Assembly: GCA_026415655.1 (NCBI GenBank)
Contig: JAOAGR010000004.1
Span: 43 to 64,042, forward strand
Length of the DNA stretch: 64,000 nt
Direction: 5' to 3'
Origin: Candidatus Dojkabacteria bacterium
GTDB taxonomy: Bacteria > Patescibacteriota > Dojkabacteria > JAOAGR01
The translations under genes were made by a program, and so were the position numbers. Below the pieces are notes generated by a model that was not told where the DNA came from, made no database searches, and worked only from the letters and a program-made list of their open reading frames with translations. Positions 32,895 to 42,076 of this stretch are shown piece after piece; position 1 is the stretch's first letter, and each line of letters begins with the position of its first letter.

Positions 32895-34238
32895 ATGGAT
32901 AAGCAAATATTTATCTCTGAAATTTTTCAAGAATATAAGAAATTACTTGAAGAATTTATAAAATTTAAAAGTGTTTCTACAAATCAAGAATACCAAAATG
33001 ATATAAATTCTACTGCCGACTGGCTAAATCAATTATTTAAATCAAATAATTTTAAATCAAAACTTATCACAGGATATGATAATCCTCTAGTTTTCGCCGA
33101 ATTTTATCAGGATAAAAACTTACCTACAGTCCTTATTTATGGGCATTACGATGTCCAGCCAGCTGATATCAATGATGGTTGGTCTTCTGACCCTTTTACA
33201 TTAACCATATCCAATAATAGAATAATTGCTCGTGGTGCAGTCGACAACAAAGGGCAAGTGCTTATTCATATAGCGACGATATTCAAGTTGATTCAGACTA
33301 ATCAATTAAAATATAACGTCAAATTTTTGATAGAAGGTAACGAAGAATCCGGATCACCCAATATAGAAAGATTTATAGAAGAAAATAAGGAACTTTTAAG
33401 CTGTGATTCTGTTTTGATTTCTGATGGTGAAATGTCCGCAAAAAGGCCAAATATAGAAGTTGGATTTCGTGGTACATTTAACGCTACGTTACAAATCACT
33501 GTAGGTAGTCAAGATCTCCACTCTGGTATTTATGGCAGTACTGCGCCGAATGCTATACATATTTTGGCTAATTTAATATCAAAAATCCATGATGAACACA
33601 ATAGAATACTTATTCCAAATTATTATGAAAACGTTGATGACATTAATGATGAAATTAGACAAAATAACACAAACATTCCATTTGATATAGAAGAGTACAA
33701 ACGTATTACTACAAGAAAAGATATCATACTATTTGATGGTAATGATTTCTACACTCAAACAGGACTTTATCCGTGTATAGAGGTTACTGGGATAATAGGA
33801 GGTTATACAGGTGAAGGATATAAAAACGCTATTCCACACAAGGCTACAGCAAAGATTAATTTTAGGTTGGTATCACATCAAAGGGCACAAGAATTATTTG
33901 ATAAATTTAATAATTTTATCAAGACAAATATACCCCCATATGCTGATTTTACATTTGAAATGGATGGTTCTAATGAAGCGTTAAAAATAGATATCAATAA
34001 TAAATATATTGATCATGCTCGATCAGTATTAGAAGAAGTATGGGGTGAAAAAGTAATTTACAAATATGTGGGTGGAAGTTTACCTATTACAAATTACTTC
34101 TATAATTCATTAAAAGCGCCTCTAGTCATGATACCTCTAGCAAATGAAGATTGTAATATGCATGGAGTTGATGAAAACTTTGACATCGAATATTTAATAA
34201 AAGGTATAAAATTTTCCGTGAATTTTTTTAGTAAATAA
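32895..34238 (+). CDS. M20 family dipeptidase/deacylase
   Basis: YGHYDVQP, ARGAVDNKG, EGNEESGS, DLHSG, HGVDENF. Confidence 0.92.
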   Translation: MDKQIFISEIFQEYKKLLEEFIKFKSVSTNQEYQNDINSTADWLNQLFKSNNFKSKLITGYDNPLVFAEFYQDKNLPTVLIYGHYDVQPADINDGWSSDPFTLTISNNRIIARGAVDNKGQVLIHIATIFKLIQTNQLKYNVKFLIEGNEESGSPNIERFIEENKELLSCDSVLISDGEMSAKRPNIEVGFRGTFNATLQITVGSQDLHSGIYGSTAPNAIHILANLISKIHDEHNRILIPNYYENVDDINDEIRQNNTNIPFDIEEYKRITTRKDIILFDGNDFYTQTGLYPCIEVTGIIGGYTGEGYKNAIPHKATAKINFRLVSHQRAQELFDKFNNFIKTNIPPYADFTFEMDGSNEALKIDINNKYIDHARSVLEEVWGEKVIYKYVGGSLPITNYFYNSLKAPLVMIPLANEDCNMHGVDENFDIEYLIKGIKFSVNFFSK

Positions 34239-34398
34239 ATTTTAATAAGATAAAACCTCTAAATAGAACATAGAATTATTTTATTGTATAACAAATAATA
34301 TCTTTAAAAAATCAATCCGTTTTATGTGGTAGCGAACTGTAATTTTGCACTATCATGGAAAATAATTTAACAAGACATTTATATAATTTAATATTAAA

Positions 34399-35445
34399 TC
34401 AAGGATTGCCTAGTTTCAAATCTAAAAGTTTTCTTTCCCAATCATAGGCACTTTTACAGATGATAGATATATCATCATATTTCGGTTTCCAGCCGACAAG
34501 TGATTTTAACTTAGTAGAGTCTGCAACTAGATAAGCGGGATCTCCAGCTCTTCTTTCACCATACTCTACAAGAAAATCAATACCAGTGAAGGCTTTCATA
34601 GTATCAACAACTTGTTTTACAGAATATCCTTTTCCATACCCACAATTAAATAGCTCACTACTATTATATTTAACTACATAATTCAATGCACATACATGAG
34701 CTGATGCTAAATCATCCACATGAATATAATCTCTAATACATGTACCATCAGGTGTAGGATAATCCGTTCCAAAAATAGTTAATTTATCTCGAATTCCCAG
34801 AGCTGTTTGTGCTGCAACTTTCATTAGGTGAGTGCTGTTTGGTGTAGATTGACCTATACGATTTTCTATATCAGCACCTGCGACATTGAAATATCTTAAA
34901 ATAACATACTTTATACCATATGCATTAGAGCAATCTCTAATTATATTTTCGCACATATTTTTGGTACGAGCATAAGGGTTTACTGGATTTATAGGATGAT
35001 CTTCACTAAATTTATCACCATATTTTACATTCTCATTTGAATATTGGGATGCTGTTGAAGAAAATAAAAAATATTTAACCTTATGTTTTATTGCCAAGTC
35101 TAAAAGTCTTATAGTATTAACTACATTGTTATAATAGTATTTCAAAGGATCGGCTACACTTTCAGGTACTATCAAACTAGCAGCAAAATGCATTATTACA
35201 TCAAATTGATATTCATCTAACAAACTTTCTACAAAATCAATATCGGAGACATCACCCAAATAGAACTTAAACTTCATGTCATTTTCTGAAGCAATCTTAT
35301 GTAACTCATCTGTTATGTATTTACTTCCAGTAGATAAATTATCTAGCACAACAATCTGGCTGAAATTATTTGATTTTCCAACTAAAATATATTTAATAAC
35401 ATGCGACGCAATATATCCTGCTCCGCCAGTAACAAGAACGTTCAT
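34399..35445 (-). CDS. galE: UDP-glucose 4-epimerase
   Basis: GGAGYI, HFAA...VPES, YARTK, LRYFNVAG, DGTCIRDYIHV. Confidence 0.93.
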   Translation of the reverse strand: MNVLVTGGAGYIASHVIKYILVGKSNNFSQIVVLDNLSTGSKYITDELHKIASENDMKFKFYLGDVSDIDFVESLLDEYQFDVIMHFAASLIVPESVADPLKYYYNNVVNTIRLLDLAIKHKVKYFLFSSTASQYSNENVKYGDKFSEDHPINPVNPYARTKNMCENIIRDCSNAYGIKYVILRYFNVAGADIENRIGQSTPNSTHLMKVAAQTALGIRDKLTIFGTDYPTPDGTCIRDYIHVDDLASAHVCALNYVVKYNSSELFNCGYGKGYSVKQVVDTMKAFTGIDFLVEYGERRAGDPAYLVADSTKLKSLVGWKPKYDDISIICKSAYDWERKLLDLKLGNP

Positions 35446-35450
35446 ATAAT

Positions 35451-35828
35451 TTATTTTTTTAATGGTATACCATCAGCATCAGTATCGTATCTTCCCGTCA
35501 CTATCAAAAACAAATCAACAAACCAAAAGATAAGATATAATATGCTCGCACTCAAAAACGAACCTACGAGATATATAGTACCAATCAAATAGTGTTTTGT
35601 GTAAAACCTATGTACCCCTATTCCACCCAAAACTACCCACAGAATAATCATTATTATCCAATCCCTTTGTCCAGGATATTGAGCTGTCTGCATATTTTGA
35701 GGCATACTTTGCATCTGGTACACATTATTTCCTTGCGAATAATTCTGCGCACCTTGGTATTCTTGAGAGCTGTTTGAACTATTTGAAGTATTGAATTGGG
35801 TATTTTGTCCTATATTGTTTTGATCCAT
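35451..35828 (-). CDS. TM2 (NINE) domain protein
   Basis: Q/N-rich N-terminus, LGGIGVHRFY, DLFLI. Confidence 0.85.
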   Translation of the reverse strand: MDQNNIGQNTQFNTSNSSNSSQEYQGAQNYSQGNNVYQMQSMPQNMQTAQYPGQRDWIIMIILWVVLGGIGVHRFYTKHYLIGTIYLVGSFLSASILYLIFWFVDLFLIVTGRYDTDADGIPLKK

Positions 35829-36537
35829 ATTTAAGTAAAGTTATCATTTCTTCTTGCTACAGTCAATATAAAAGTTTAAAAATATAAAACATAACAATAT
35901 TACACAAAAATAAAAGTTAAAATGCAATTTTAGATACATAAATTTGTCTTTTGGTGTTTTTAACAATTTTAATTATATTTTTTACTAGCCTACTCAAGTC
36001 AAAATTTAATTTTTCTAGCTCAGAAATATCTTTCCAAAAAATACAAATTATTTTTTAGATATTTATACTAGTTTTTAATTATTTGCTTCTTAATATACAA
36101 ACAAATATCTAAATTCTAAATGAATACACTTAGGGTCATTTTTAAATTTGTTTTCTAAGATAGAACGTATATCGATATCAAATTTATATTGATAAAAGAT
36201 TCATCTAACGGGATAAATTATACCTAACTTATTCTTTTGTTTTGCTCTACTTATCTTTTAAATGCAAACTGAATACTGTTATTACCACTTCAATACGTCC
36301 ACAAATCTGTACGTATTTAATTAATATCTTTTCTTTTTACTGAGTAAAATTTTGTTTTTTGTAACATAAAGTACATATGCTACTTTCAGTAATTATGTAA
36401 CGAAAATTTTATACTAATTGAATTTCTTCAGCTTATATAAATGTTTTTATTCTTTTCAAAAATATTTTAATTAGGATAAACTTATTGATAACTTTAAAAT
36501 ATCGACTTATATTTTATATCTCTTGGTAAATACGAGA

Positions 36538-37092
36538 TTATTTATTTTCATTATCTAAATAAGACATAGATCCAGTTACTCCTCTTTGTCCTTGATATTT
36601 TCCCCTATATGGTTTGAGAGCATCTGTAGTCATCTTTGCTATCACTATTTGACAAATTCTCATATTAGGATAGATCTTAATGGGCACTGTATTTGCATTG
36701 TATAGTTCCAAAGTGATATTTCCCTCAAAACCTGCATCTACCCACCCGGCATTTTCAATAAATAAGCCTAATCTACCAAGAGATGAACGTCCCTCGACAA
36801 ACCCTGTAAGATAGTTTGGTAATCTAATATATTCGACAGTTGTTGCTAGGACAAAAGTTTTAGGTTGTAAAATATAACCTTTATCATCAATAAGTATTTT
36901 CTCTACTTTATCTGTATAATTTTTATCTTTTACATCAATTACATCTATTCGATAATTGGTATAAGCCAATACCTCATGGCCCAATCTCAGGTCAACAGAA
37001 GAGGGTTGGATCTGCAAATCTCTTTCGATTGGATCAATTAACAATTCATTATTATCTAATAATTCAATAATAGTTTTATCACTTAATATCAT
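36538..37092 (-). CDS. dcd: dCTP deaminase
   Basis: QPSSVDLRLG, EGRSSLGRLG, DAGFEGNITLE, KYQGQ. Confidence 0.95.
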   Translation of the reverse strand: MILSDKTIIELLDNNELLIDPIERDLQIQPSSVDLRLGHEVLAYTNYRIDVIDVKDKNYTDKVEKILIDDKGYILQPKTFVLATTVEYIRLPNYLTGFVEGRSSLGRLGLFIENAGWVDAGFEGNITLELYNANTVPIKIYPNMRICQIVIAKMTTDALKPYRGKYQGQRGVTGSMSYLDNENK

Positions 37093-37114
37093 AGTTGATT
37101 TAGTCTATAATAAA

Positions 37115-37939
37115 ATGGTTGTGTCTGCAAAAGAAAAGAGATCATTTTATATTTCTGTCTTAGACAAAGGGTTTGTCAGATTAGTTGACTATATGGGTGA
37201 TGATACAAGTATAGTGCAAGCCGCTAGAGTATCTTATGGTAAAGGCACAAAATCCAAAAGAAAAGATGCTGATTTGATAGATTATCTGATGAGAAATAGG
37301 CACACAAGTCCTTTTGAAATGGTTGAGTTTAAATTTCACGTGAAAGCACCAATATTTGTTGTTAGACAGTGGTTTAGGCATCGAACAGCATCTGTCAATG
37401 AAATCTCAGGTAGATACTCTATCTTAAAAGATGAATTTTATATCCCACAAAAATTTCGCAAACAGAGTAAGACCAACAAGCAAGGTTCAGAAGGTTATGT
37501 CGATGACGACACAAACCAAAAACTTATCAAAATTGTTGACGAAATGACTAGAGAGATTTATGCGAGATATAAATTCTTATTGTCTAAAGGTGTCTCTCGA
37601 GAGTTATCTAGAATAATATTACCACTAAATACCTATACCGAATTTTATTGGAAACAGAATCTTCATAATCTTTTACATTTTATTAAACTTAGGCTTGATT
37701 CACATGCACAAGAAGAAATAAGAGAATACGCTTTAGCCATTGCACAAATCTTAAGAGAATTAGTGCCCGTGACTTGGAAATCATTTACAGAACATATACT
37801 TGAAGGAAAAAATCTATCTAAAACCGAATTGGAAATAATCAGAGAGACCATAAACAAATTTACTTTAGAACAAAATTGTAAATTTAAGAAACTTAAAAAC
37901 ATTAGAAAATCAGAATTTATTAATTGTATAACGAAATAA
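37115..37939 (+). CDS. thyX: FAD-dependent thymidylate synthase
   Basis: HTSPFE, RQWFRHR..S.NE.S.RY, LRLDSHAQ.EIR. Confidence 0.96.
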   Translation: MVVSAKEKRSFYISVLDKGFVRLVDYMGDDTSIVQAARVSYGKGTKSKRKDADLIDYLMRNRHTSPFEMVEFKFHVKAPIFVVRQWFRHRTASVNEISGRYSILKDEFYIPQKFRKQSKTNKQGSEGYVDDDTNQKLIKIVDEMTREIYARYKFLLSKGVSRELSRIILPLNTYTEFYWKQNLHNLLHFIKLRLDSHAQEEIREYALAIAQILRELVPVTWKSFTEHILEGKNLSKTELEIIRETINKFTLEQNCKFKKLKNIRKSEFINCITK

Positions 37940-38185
37940 AAACTAGTTAAATAAAAAACATAGTCGATTAAAAATTTAAAATCAATAAACTAAATCTAAT
38001 TATTACACGATTTGAAGTTATCGATTATTCATCAATATTTTACTTTAATCACTATTAAATTTATCTTCATATTATTTTATCTATATGCGAATTCGATTTA
38101 ATGGATGGGCAAAGATCAACTTATTGATCATTCACTTGATACAATTAAAACATTAATGATTTTATTTATTATATACGTATATGTA

Positions 38186-38214
38186 TTGACAAACATAATA
38201 TTTACACTTAAAAT
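38186..38214 (+). promoter_or_regulatory. Sigma-70-type promoter of the attenuated operon
   Basis: TTGACA-17 nt-TAAAAT, 11 nt upstream of the leader-peptide ATG. Confidence 0.8.
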
Positions 38215-38225
38215 ATATTTTTATA

Positions 38226-38288
38226 ATGGATCCTGTTTTGAAAAGTTTCTTCTCTTTTGGTTTTTATTTTTTCCGCCCGTGCGGGTAG
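38226..38288 (+). CDS. Phe/Tyr-rich attenuator leader peptide (MDPVLKSFFSFGFYFFRPCG), PheL-like
   Basis: 20 codons with 6 Phe and 1 Tyr in a 9-codon stretch; stop codon lies inside the antiterminator arm. Confidence 0.8.
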   Translation: MDPVLKSFFSFGFYFFRPCG

Positions 38289-38340
38289 TGTAGTGATATA
38301 GTAAGCAAACACGCTACCCGCCCAAAAGGGCGGGTTTTTT
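38273..38340 (+). promoter_or_regulatory. Transcription attenuator (1:2 hairpin, 2:3 antiterminator, 3:4 terminator)
   Basis: CCGC/GCGG (38273-38284); 11-bp GCGGGTAGTGT/ACGCTACCCGC (38281-38321); ACCCGCCC-AAAA-GGGCGGGT plus T run (38316-38340). Confidence 0.85.
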
Positions 38341-38356
38341 ATTTATATAAAGGATT

Positions 38357-39331
38357 ATGAAAAAAATAAAAAACAAAGAAAAAAAGGAAAATAAAAAAAT
38401 GTGCCTAGCAATAGGTGAGGTGGTGATTGATGAAATTATTTTACTTTACGATGAAATAATACTAAGTCAAAAAATAGAAAAAGCTGATCATCAAATTTCT
38501 ATCGGTGGTCCCTCCTGTGCCGGTGCGGTATATTGGCGAAATGCTGGCTTCGATGTGACTTTCATAACAAGTTTAGGTAATGATAGTGACAGTAAATTTA
38601 TTATTGATTATCTAGATTCCAAACGTATTAACTTAATTATCAATAGGTCACTAAAAACTCAGAAAAATCACGTCATAGTAGAGCTTAAAAATGGTCGTCG
38701 CACTATTATTCGAGATAAAATCGAAAAAACCCAAATCAATATCAATAATAAACTGATAGAATCAATAAAATCTGCTGATATAATTTATTTAGATAGACAT
38801 TACAATTACTTGATAGAAACTATACTTAAACACAAAAAATCAAATTCTATTTTAATATTCGACCCATCTACTGACGCATCTGAACTAAATATAAAAATAT
38901 TATCACAAATCGAACATCCAATTGTACCTTGGGAGTTTGTAGTTAATTTTTATAACAATGCAAAATTGTCTCTTTACGAGATGTTAATAGAATTTTACAA
39001 ATATTTAAACAAAACCTATATAGTAACACTCGGTGAATATGGTTCCCTAATAGTCGAAGAAAGTGGTTGTATTCTATTTCCAAGCTATAAAATAGAAAAA
39101 TGTATAGATACCTGTGGCGCTGGTGACATATTCAGAGCATCATTTGGACATTCGTTATTAGAAGGAAAAAACATCTATGAAGCGATAGATTTTGCCAACA
39201 AAGTAGCCGCTTTACAATGTACAAGAATTGGTAATGTAAACGCTATACCGTCTCTAGAGGATATAAAAAATACAAATCTCCAAAAAAATTACTACAATAA
39301 GGAAGAGATTTTATTAAAACTAAAATTATAA
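38357..39331 (+). CDS. PfkB/ribokinase-family carbohydrate kinase
   Basis: IGG, LGND, VTLGEYG, DTCGAGD. Confidence 0.9.
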   Translation: MKKIKNKEKKENKKMCLAIGEVVIDEIILLYDEIILSQKIEKADHQISIGGPSCAGAVYWRNAGFDVTFITSLGNDSDSKFIIDYLDSKRINLIINRSLKTQKNHVIVELKNGRRTIIRDKIEKTQININNKLIESIKSADIIYLDRHYNYLIETILKHKKSNSILIFDPSTDASELNIKILSQIEHPIVPWEFVVNFYNNAKLSLYEMLIEFYKYLNKTYIVTLGEYGSLIVEESGCILFPSYKIEKCIDTCGAGDIFRASFGHSLLEGKNIYEAIDFANKVAALQCTRIGNVNAIPSLEDIKNTNLQKNYYNKEEILLKLKL

Positions 39332-39337
39332 AAAGAT

Positions 39338-40282
39338 ATGAAAAACAAAAAATTAAAAATAATAGCAGGTCCATGTTCATTCGATCCAAAACATATGGAT
39401 GAAATACTCAGATTTGGACAAATGAAAGTAGGACAGTATAACGCTGTATGGGGAGTAAGAATGGTGGGTCTAAAATCTAGAACTAATTATGAAAATGATC
39501 CAAATAAAATGGGTATAGATCTAGATTATTTTAATGAGATGAGAAAACATATGAATGATCTTTTAGATCTTAACTTCGCATTACAAGAGGAATTCTTTTT
39601 GGTGCCACAGACCTTTCATTATATGTTAGAAATACTCAGATCAACACATCTGGTGATAGCTTTTGAAGTAGTTGATCCTTTGTTACAACTCAGAAAATTT
39701 ATAGATAAACAATTTGACGGTAGACTATTTATCTGGAATCCGGCGGTCAATCAACTAGGTTGGCAAGTGGCTATTATGGGTGAATTTGCCCGCAAATATG
39801 ACTGGTGGATAGGTCTTAAAAACGGTAAATGGTTAGGAGAGAAACTTGAGATCGCAGAATCTGATGATTACCAGGGAGAAACAAGCTTAGAAAAAACCTG
39901 GAAAGGACTGGCTACATATGCTGATCATCCAGGAAAAACCATCTATATCCAAAGAGGAATAGACGTTCCAGAAAAAGGAGATTACAGAAATTATCCTATT
40001 CATAAAACTGCAGCAAGAGTCAAAAAATCTACAGGTGCGATGATGTTTTTTGATCCTAGTCATACATGTGGACCCAAATTGCGAGATAAGATAGTCGAGG
40101 AAACTATAAGTGCAATGCAAATGAAAATCTCTGATGATGAATATCTCTATGACGGAATATTAATCGAGGTGGGTACATCAAAAACTGATACCGATCAGCA
40201 TATATCTTTAGATGATTTTAGGTATTTAATTAAAGAACTAGCAGTATTTAGGGATCTTGATGCTCTACAAGTAGATATATAA
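39338..40282 (+). CDS. Divergent DAHP synthase I-beta / KDSA-family protein
   Basis: IAGPCS, KSRT (cf. KPRT), LKNG, QRG, DPSH, DGILIEV..TDTDQ. Confidence 0.75.
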   Translation: MKNKKLKIIAGPCSFDPKHMDEILRFGQMKVGQYNAVWGVRMVGLKSRTNYENDPNKMGIDLDYFNEMRKHMNDLLDLNFALQEEFFLVPQTFHYMLEILRSTHLVIAFEVVDPLLQLRKFIDKQFDGRLFIWNPAVNQLGWQVAIMGEFARKYDWWIGLKNGKWLGEKLEIAESDDYQGETSLEKTWKGLATYADHPGKTIYIQRGIDVPEKGDYRNYPIHKTAARVKKSTGAMMFFDPSHTCGPKLRDKIVEETISAMQMKISDDEYLYDGILIEVGTSKTDTDQHISLDDFRYLIKELAVFRDLDALQVDI

Positions 40283-40285
40283 GTT

Positions 40286-41221
40286 ATGAAAGAAAAACTA
40301 AAAAATATTATAGCAAAGGGAATAATAGCTCTGGATGAAAGTAGTAATACCATGAATAGGCGTCTCGAAGCTCATGATATCGAGCTAAATCTAGAAAACC
40401 GTAATCTATGGCGTAAAATAATTCTGACAATCCCTAATCTCGAAAATTATATAAGCGGAGTTATTTTATATGATGAAACATTAAAATTTTTGTATGAAGA
40501 AGGAATCATTAGTTCATTAATTAAAAAGGGTGTTAGTATTGGAATAAAAGTTGATAAAGGAATCTATGAATATGAAAATAAAAAAAGAATCACCTTAGGT
40601 CTTGATGATTTAGATAGTAGAATGCAAGAATACCACAGTCTAGGCTGCAAGTTTGCAAAATGGAGGGCTGTTTTTTCTTTAGATGATATTGATGATTCTA
40701 ATATAGAATTAAATATTTATCATCTAGCTATTTATTCTATTATTTGTCTAAAATACGGCGTTATTCCGATGGTAGAACCAGAAACTCTAGTTTTAGACGG
40801 TGATCATGATATTAATGATAGTTTTGAGATAATGAAAGGTATTCTTCAAAAACTAGTTCAAATTTTTGATTTAATGAATATTCCTTTTGAAAATATTATC
40901 CTGAAAATAAATTATGTATTACCTAGTAAAACACGGCTTAATAACTACTCGAACGAGGATATCATCACTTCCACTATTATGCTGTTTGAAGAGACTTTGC
41001 CGGATACTCTATCAAACATCGCTTTTCTCTCAGGTGGATTAGATCCTGAAACGGCAACAAATCTTTATAGATTAATAAAACAAAAAGATTCTAGCTACAA
41101 TTTTACTTATTCTTATGGGCGTGCAGTACAGGAAGAGGGATTATCTATTTGGAGAAACGCTAAAGAAAATCGTGTTATACAAAATACAATACAAAATAGA
41201 TTAAAAAAACTACTCAATTAA
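40286..41221 (+). CDS. Class I (Schiff-base, glycolytic-family) fructose-bisphosphate aldolase
   Basis: GIIALDES, KVDKG, FAKWRAV, PMVEPE, LKINYV, FLSGG, SYGRA. Confidence 0.88.
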   Translation: MKEKLKNIIAKGIIALDESSNTMNRRLEAHDIELNLENRNLWRKIILTIPNLENYISGVILYDETLKFLYEEGIISSLIKKGVSIGIKVDKGIYEYENKKRITLGLDDLDSRMQEYHSLGCKFAKWRAVFSLDDIDDSNIELNIYHLAIYSIICLKYGVIPMVEPETLVLDGDHDINDSFEIMKGILQKLVQIFDLMNIPFENIILKINYVLPSKTRLNNYSNEDIITSTIMLFEETLPDTLSNIAFLSGGLDPETATNLYRLIKQKDSSYNFTYSYGRAVQEEGLSIWRNAKENRVIQNTIQNRLKKLLN

Positions 41222-42074
41222 TCAAATCTAATAAATATTTCCCATACCCACTTTTCATCTGTTTTTCTGCTAATTTTCTAAGCTGTACCGTATCTATAAA
41301 TCCCTGCTTATAAGCTTCCTCTTCGATGCAACCTATTTTTATACCCATCCTCCGTTCAATTACCTGAATAAATTCAATTGCATCAATCATAGAATCGACT
41401 GTACCAGTATCAAACCATACAGTACCTTTATCTAAAACTTGTACCTTAAGTTGATTAATTTCCAAATATTTATTGTGTATATCAGTTATCTCTAACTCTC
41501 CCCTAGCACTTGGCTTAATACTTTTAGCAAAATCTGTACATCTATTATCAAATATATAAAGTCCAGGGATAGCATATTTTGACTTTGGTTCTTTTGGTTT
41601 TTCTTCTATTGATAAAACATTCATATTTTCATCAAATTCCACAACACCATACCTTTCAGGATCATCTACCTGTATACCAAATATCAGACCTCCATTTATA
41701 GTTGGTTCTTTATATAAATTTGTTTCAAAAGTTGATCCATAAAAAATATTATCTCCCAAAATCAAAGTCACACTATCATCACCGATGAAATCCTCTCCTA
41801 TAATGAATGCCTCGGCTATGCCGTTCGCTTTTTCCTGTACTTTATAAGAAAAATTCATTCCAAGATGACAGCCATTCCCCAATAAGTTATAAAATAGTTG
41901 TTCATATTCTGGATTAGTTATTATCAAAACCTCACGAATACCCATTTTAATAAGTACAGATAATGGATAATAAATCATCGGTTTGTCATATATTGGCATC
42001 AGTTGTTTACTAATAGCAAAAGTAATTGGATACAATCTTGTTCCTGAGCCTGCAGCTAAAATTATACCTTTCAT
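41214..42074 (-). CDS. rfbA: Glucose-1-phosphate thymidylyltransferase
   Basis: GIILAAGSGTRLYP, SKQL.PIYDKPMIYYP, EEKP, RGELEITD. Confidence 0.96.
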   Translation of the reverse strand: MKGIILAAGSGTRLYPITFAISKQLMPIYDKPMIYYPLSVLIKMGIREVLIITNPEYEQLFYNLLGNGCHLGMNFSYKVQEKANGIAEAFIIGEDFIGDDSVTLILGDNIFYGSTFETNLYKEPTINGGLIFGIQVDDPERYGVVEFDENMNVLSIEEKPKEPKSKYAIPGLYIFDNRCTDFAKSIKPSARGELEITDIHNKYLEINQLKVQVLDKGTVWFDTGTVDSMIDAIEFIQVIERRMGIKIGCIEEEAYKQGFIDTVQLRKLAEKQMKSGYGKYLLDLIN

Positions 42075-42076
42075 TG

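Noticed and set aside
35829-36537. Long AT-rich intergenic region as oriC or ncRNA
   Set aside because: No convincing DnaA-box cluster or stable helices; more likely a decayed gene, but no homolog could be recognised
38105-38293. 62-aa ORF from the ORF track
   Set aside because: It runs across the promoter in a different frame from the Phe-rich leader and has no motif; the 38226-38288 leader explains the region
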